Source: Amphiscolops sp. MND2022
Lineage: Eukaryota
Assembly (NCBI GenBank): GCA_964187785.1
Contig: OZ076409.1
Coordinates: 78,060,001-78,124,000, forward strand
DNA: 64,000 bases
Reading direction: 5' to 3'
Position 1 is the stretch's first letter. Every line of letters starts with the position of its first letter. Both the position numbers and the translations under genes were made by a program. Positions 60,099-64,000 of this stretch are shown here, piece by piece. The notes under the pieces are model-generated. The model was given only the letters and a program-made list of their open reading frames with translations. It did no database searches and was not told the DNA's origin.

Positions 60099-62744
60099 AG
60101 GAACCATACGCGAAGGTACTCTGTGTACTCTTCACAAATTGGTTGCATGGTTTTCTGTGAGAGTTCCCAAAAGACACCAGGTTCACCACACAAGGCATCT
60201 GTTGCCCCTAAGTTAAAAATAAAACAAAGTGCAAAGTATCAAGCGGATCCATGCCTACTTCATTTAATTCTAAAGATAAATTTTTTAAAATGTTGACATT
60301 CCACATAGTTTTGTTTTGATGTTATGTTCTGAATTACATAATATCAGGCTTCCGTTGAGCGGGCATTTGACTGTGGATGTCTGCTCTGTTATTTGATGAT
60401 TGTACTTAATTTGTATTAGCGTGTGTTTCTTTTCATTGAATAGCAGATGAATTCACTTCAATACCCGAAGGGTAGTAGTAGTACGTGGCGTTATAGGTGG
60501 GGGGGGGGGGGGGTTGAGTGAGTAACCAAATATGGAAAACAAATCTTTCTCAAACGTTACGTAATAATTGCGGCACGAACACGACGTATCCAAACATGAA
60601 AATTTTCATCGGGAGCCGAATAAAAACTGAAAACAAAATACAGGCCCGATAATTTTTTCCATTGTTTTTCTATGCAATAAAGGAAAATTCCTTACCTTCG
60701 CGTGCTGGGCAGTAATAAAAAAGGAAGGAGTGGTTTTTTAGGAATGGAAATGGAACGCAGAGGGAGGAAAAGAAATGGAATCAATAAAACGTCTAATAAT
60801 CTAGCACCTTTGAAATGAATGTGCTCTTAGATTATATTACCTTACTTTTGAAGCGTGATTGCTGTGGAACAAGTTTCCCTAATGTTGCATTCATTCGCGT
60901 AATGGAAGAAGTCATTAGTAATTCAAATAATATTTATGGAAGTAATCTCACTTTCTTTTTACACCGAATTTTCACGTTCTCTAAAATGAAAAAAACTTTC
61001 TAAAATGTTAGAAAAAACAAAAATTTCGGGAACAAATGTTGAATTTTTAGAAGAAAAGCAAGTAACTGCTTTCTAATTTGTTTCAGAATTGCGAAGGCAA
61101 CATTTTTTGTTAATTATAATCCAAAAAACACACTGTCAATTAACAGTGTCGGTCTTTTCTTTGATTCATCACTTGGAAACTCAAAGTTGGCGGGTGCCGA
61201 ATTTCACAGGAACAAAGGTGGACCCTGGAACACTTTGAAAATAGGTTCAAAAGATAGCCGAGCCTGTAATCGAGGTCTTATGAGCCCAAAAACTGAAAAT
61301 AGTTTTTTATCCGAGTTTCCAAATGATTAGAAACGGAAATTGTGCCTGGGTTAAAATCTTTGATGTTTCCCAGATAAAAGTGAAACTGGTAAAACCAGAG
61401 GAGGTGCTTGGAGGCCTGAAAAAAGGGTTGAGCCTACCAAGCTCAAAAAATTCATTCTTTGCTCAAAACCTAAAACCAACAAGTTTGAATATGGAACAAC
61501 AATATACAATCTTTTATAACTTCAAAATGCAGGCGTGGCTGGAACTAGATGCTATTGATCACTTCGCCTGGGGCCTTGTCACCGACGCCTTGTTGTTGAT
61601 GGCCGGGGAAGAGGTAGGTTGTTCAATCTTCGTCTTCTAGAGCTTTTTGCCGTTGAAATTTCATCTCAAAAGTTAACGTTCACAAACGTCTGGCTGCAGG
61701 GAATTCAATCGTACATCGATGGGGCTAGAGTGGGGCCTGTGCTGATCTGTTCGCCTTCTGGGCGATCAGGAAGCACGAGAGCCGGCTCCTGCTCGCATAT
61801 CTGGAGGCCTGGAGGAAAGGTACCCTTGATGTGGGTATCCACCAGGCCCTCCAAAAACGTGTACTTATAACGTGACCTCCAAAAATATTATAAACTGTTT
61901 TAAATCAAGAATAATTTTAATTTAAAAATCTGCTTGTAATTTTTGTTTTTGTCTGTGCTTGCACTAGTGATTGGTCTGGCGAGACGTAATCAAATTCTTC
62001 CTGAGTTGAACCGAAGGATCGATAAAGTTTTGCAGAGACAGCTCGAAAAGTGCAAATTTTTCAACGTGCACAGAATGCTTAACGGTGGCGTCGACATTAC
62101 AGATCAATTTCACTACACTGAGCCGTTTTGGAACGAACTTTGCACGATCTTCTTCAATTGGCGTCTTCAAAAACAACTAATAGCTGAGTTGTAGTTTTCA
62201 TTTAACACAAATATTTTTCAAGACTCACTTTCTGAATATGAACCTAGTTTTGTATCTAATCAAATACGTTTTTGTTTAACGTTATAACTGTAAAGTCAAC
62301 AACCCCTTATCATGGAAAAGTAAGAAAAATTCTGAAAAGAGGTTTCATTGTCATACTCTGGTTAGAAGTTGAATTTAAACATGAATGCATGGTCTTGACT
62401 CACGGAAAAACTTTGTTTCAGCCACTTTTTGTTCAATTGTAAAACTCGAAATTTCACTTGTCAATGACTATCATGAACACGAATAGTCATTCGGAAATTA
62501 TTTCCCAAAAGGGAAAAAATCCTCCAATGAGGCAAATTTTTTGAAACGCCTTATTTGATGCAAATTTAGGTTCAGGACGAAAAATTAGACGAATTTGATG
62601 TGCCCATGTCTAGGGTTTACTCGATATTTTGTCATGAAAAACTTTTTTGCATTTTGTTTTCACATTGACTTAATGTAAGAAGACTGAGGAGAATAGCTGT
62701 TGGTTGTGGTGGTGGTTTTGGTTGTGGTGGTGGTTTTGGTTGTG

Positions 62745-63048
<304 letters not shown>

Positions 63049-63054
63049 GGTAAA

Positions 63055-63292
63055 CAACCATGGGTACTGATTCAAAATTGTTGCTTTCAGGAAATCTCCG
63101 AAATAGTGAAAACCATTGGATAAGCGAATGAATGTTATCCAATGTCCGTCAATGTCTAAAGGTGTGTACAATTTGAAAAGTGTCTCTTGGCATAGAGTAA
63201 TTGTAAGTATTGGTGTCGAAGCAACCCAAGTATCGATGTTTTAGTGCGGGAACTTTTGGAAAAAAAACTTGAAGCAAGTCTGCCCTATCCAT
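63055..63292 (-). pseudogene. Adenain-type cysteine protease remnant of a Polinton/adintovirus-like element
   Basis: ATG at 63292 overlaps the end of the capsid ORF; MDRADLLQV...LKHRYLGCF...DTFQIV, then a frameshift to GHWITF...HYFGDFL (catalytic His/Asp region); abuts the TAG array. Confidence 0.6.
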
Positions 63293-64000
63293 GTTTCAAC
63301 ACTTTTCTTGTTCGATCATTTTGAACTGTTGTAAATCCTTCTTCCAGGACAAGCAGTTCTAAAGGCGTGCTAGTGTTGGTCGAAAGTTTGAGCTCGACCC
63401 GTATTGCTGCTTCCACAAGTTCGGGATATTGAATTTTTTGATTGCACTGTTGTGTGGAGGTAAGGTCGAAAACTAAATAATAGTGATTTTCATAATTGTC
63501 CAACTTGATTAGGGAACCGTCTTCATCAAAAAGGTGGGTTTGAATAGTCTTAAAGTAAAGTTGAGTGTTGGAACTTGTGCTACATTCCACCACTGGTACA
63601 CCATTCCGTAATACTCGCACTTTCTTTAAATTGTGTTTGTGGAATGCAAGCAGAGTGTCTGTCCAACGTCCAGTAAATTGATTGTTGGGACACGTGGCCA
63701 GTACCATGCGTCTAATTGGTTCTGCATTGAAAATATCATCACGAAGAAAACGACTTTAGTCCTTTGGAATCACAAATGTCTTGATGCTGCGTACTTTAAA
63801 ATAGTTGTATATAGCAAGCTATTTGATCAGAGATTGTTGTAAATTGACGTGATAGTTTTCTGCAACAGTGTAGTAACGAACAAAATTTGACACTGGTTCA
63901 ATTTTTGGGATGAAGGCAGGGTTGAGGCAGGGTGAGAGCACTTTGCAGCAAGTATTCGGGCTTGTTTCTCGTCAGTCGAATTCGCATGGAACAATTGTGA
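63285..64000 (-). pseudogene. Polinton/adintovirus-type major capsid protein, C-terminal part, with in-frame stops; runs off the window edge
   Basis: MRIRLTRNKPEY...KTFVIPKD*SRFLRDDIFNAEPIRRMVLA...NQFTG...RNGVPVV...HYYLVFDLTSTQ...YPELV...IRVEL; recognised from recalled similarity to invertebrate Polinton MCPs. Confidence 0.75.

Overview
AT-rich, repeat-dense eukaryotic (animal) genomic DNA; no prokaryotic operons, rRNA or CRISPR array. Four spliced host genes can be reconstructed by hand: (1) the 3' exons of an unidentified gene (+, ~1588-2644); (2) a divergent Rab-family GTPase (+, 8532-12848, 4 exons, 242 aa); (3) an ANKS3-like ankyrin/SAM/coiled-coil gene (+, 14083-52151, 12 coding exons, 721 aa); (4) mannose-6-phosphate isomerase (-, 27874-26403, 2 exons, 383 aa), nested antisense in ANKS3 intron 2. 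Introns and intergenic DNA hold many mobile elements: a decayed DD34E IS630/Tc1-type transposon, a decayed Ty3/gypsy element, many Helentron-like non-autonomous (HINE/DINE-1-like) elements, hAT-, Tc1- and MULE-type MITEs, a FLYWCH ORF, a 129-bp tandem array, a (TAG)101 microsatellite and a decayed Polinton/adintovirus-like capsid + protease cassette at the right edge. The most striking observation is in the Rab gene. Two of its three introns give an intact GTPase fold only if spliced as non-canonical GA-AG introns. All three Rab introns have 5' and 3' ends that are reverse-complementary (8-12 bp stems), and one has an 8-bp direct repeat across its junctions and no polypyrimidine tract. This points to structure-assisted or transposon-derived (introner-like) splicing. 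ANKS3 donors are also atypical (mostly T at +3, one probable GC). All gene models are manual inferences without transcript data.
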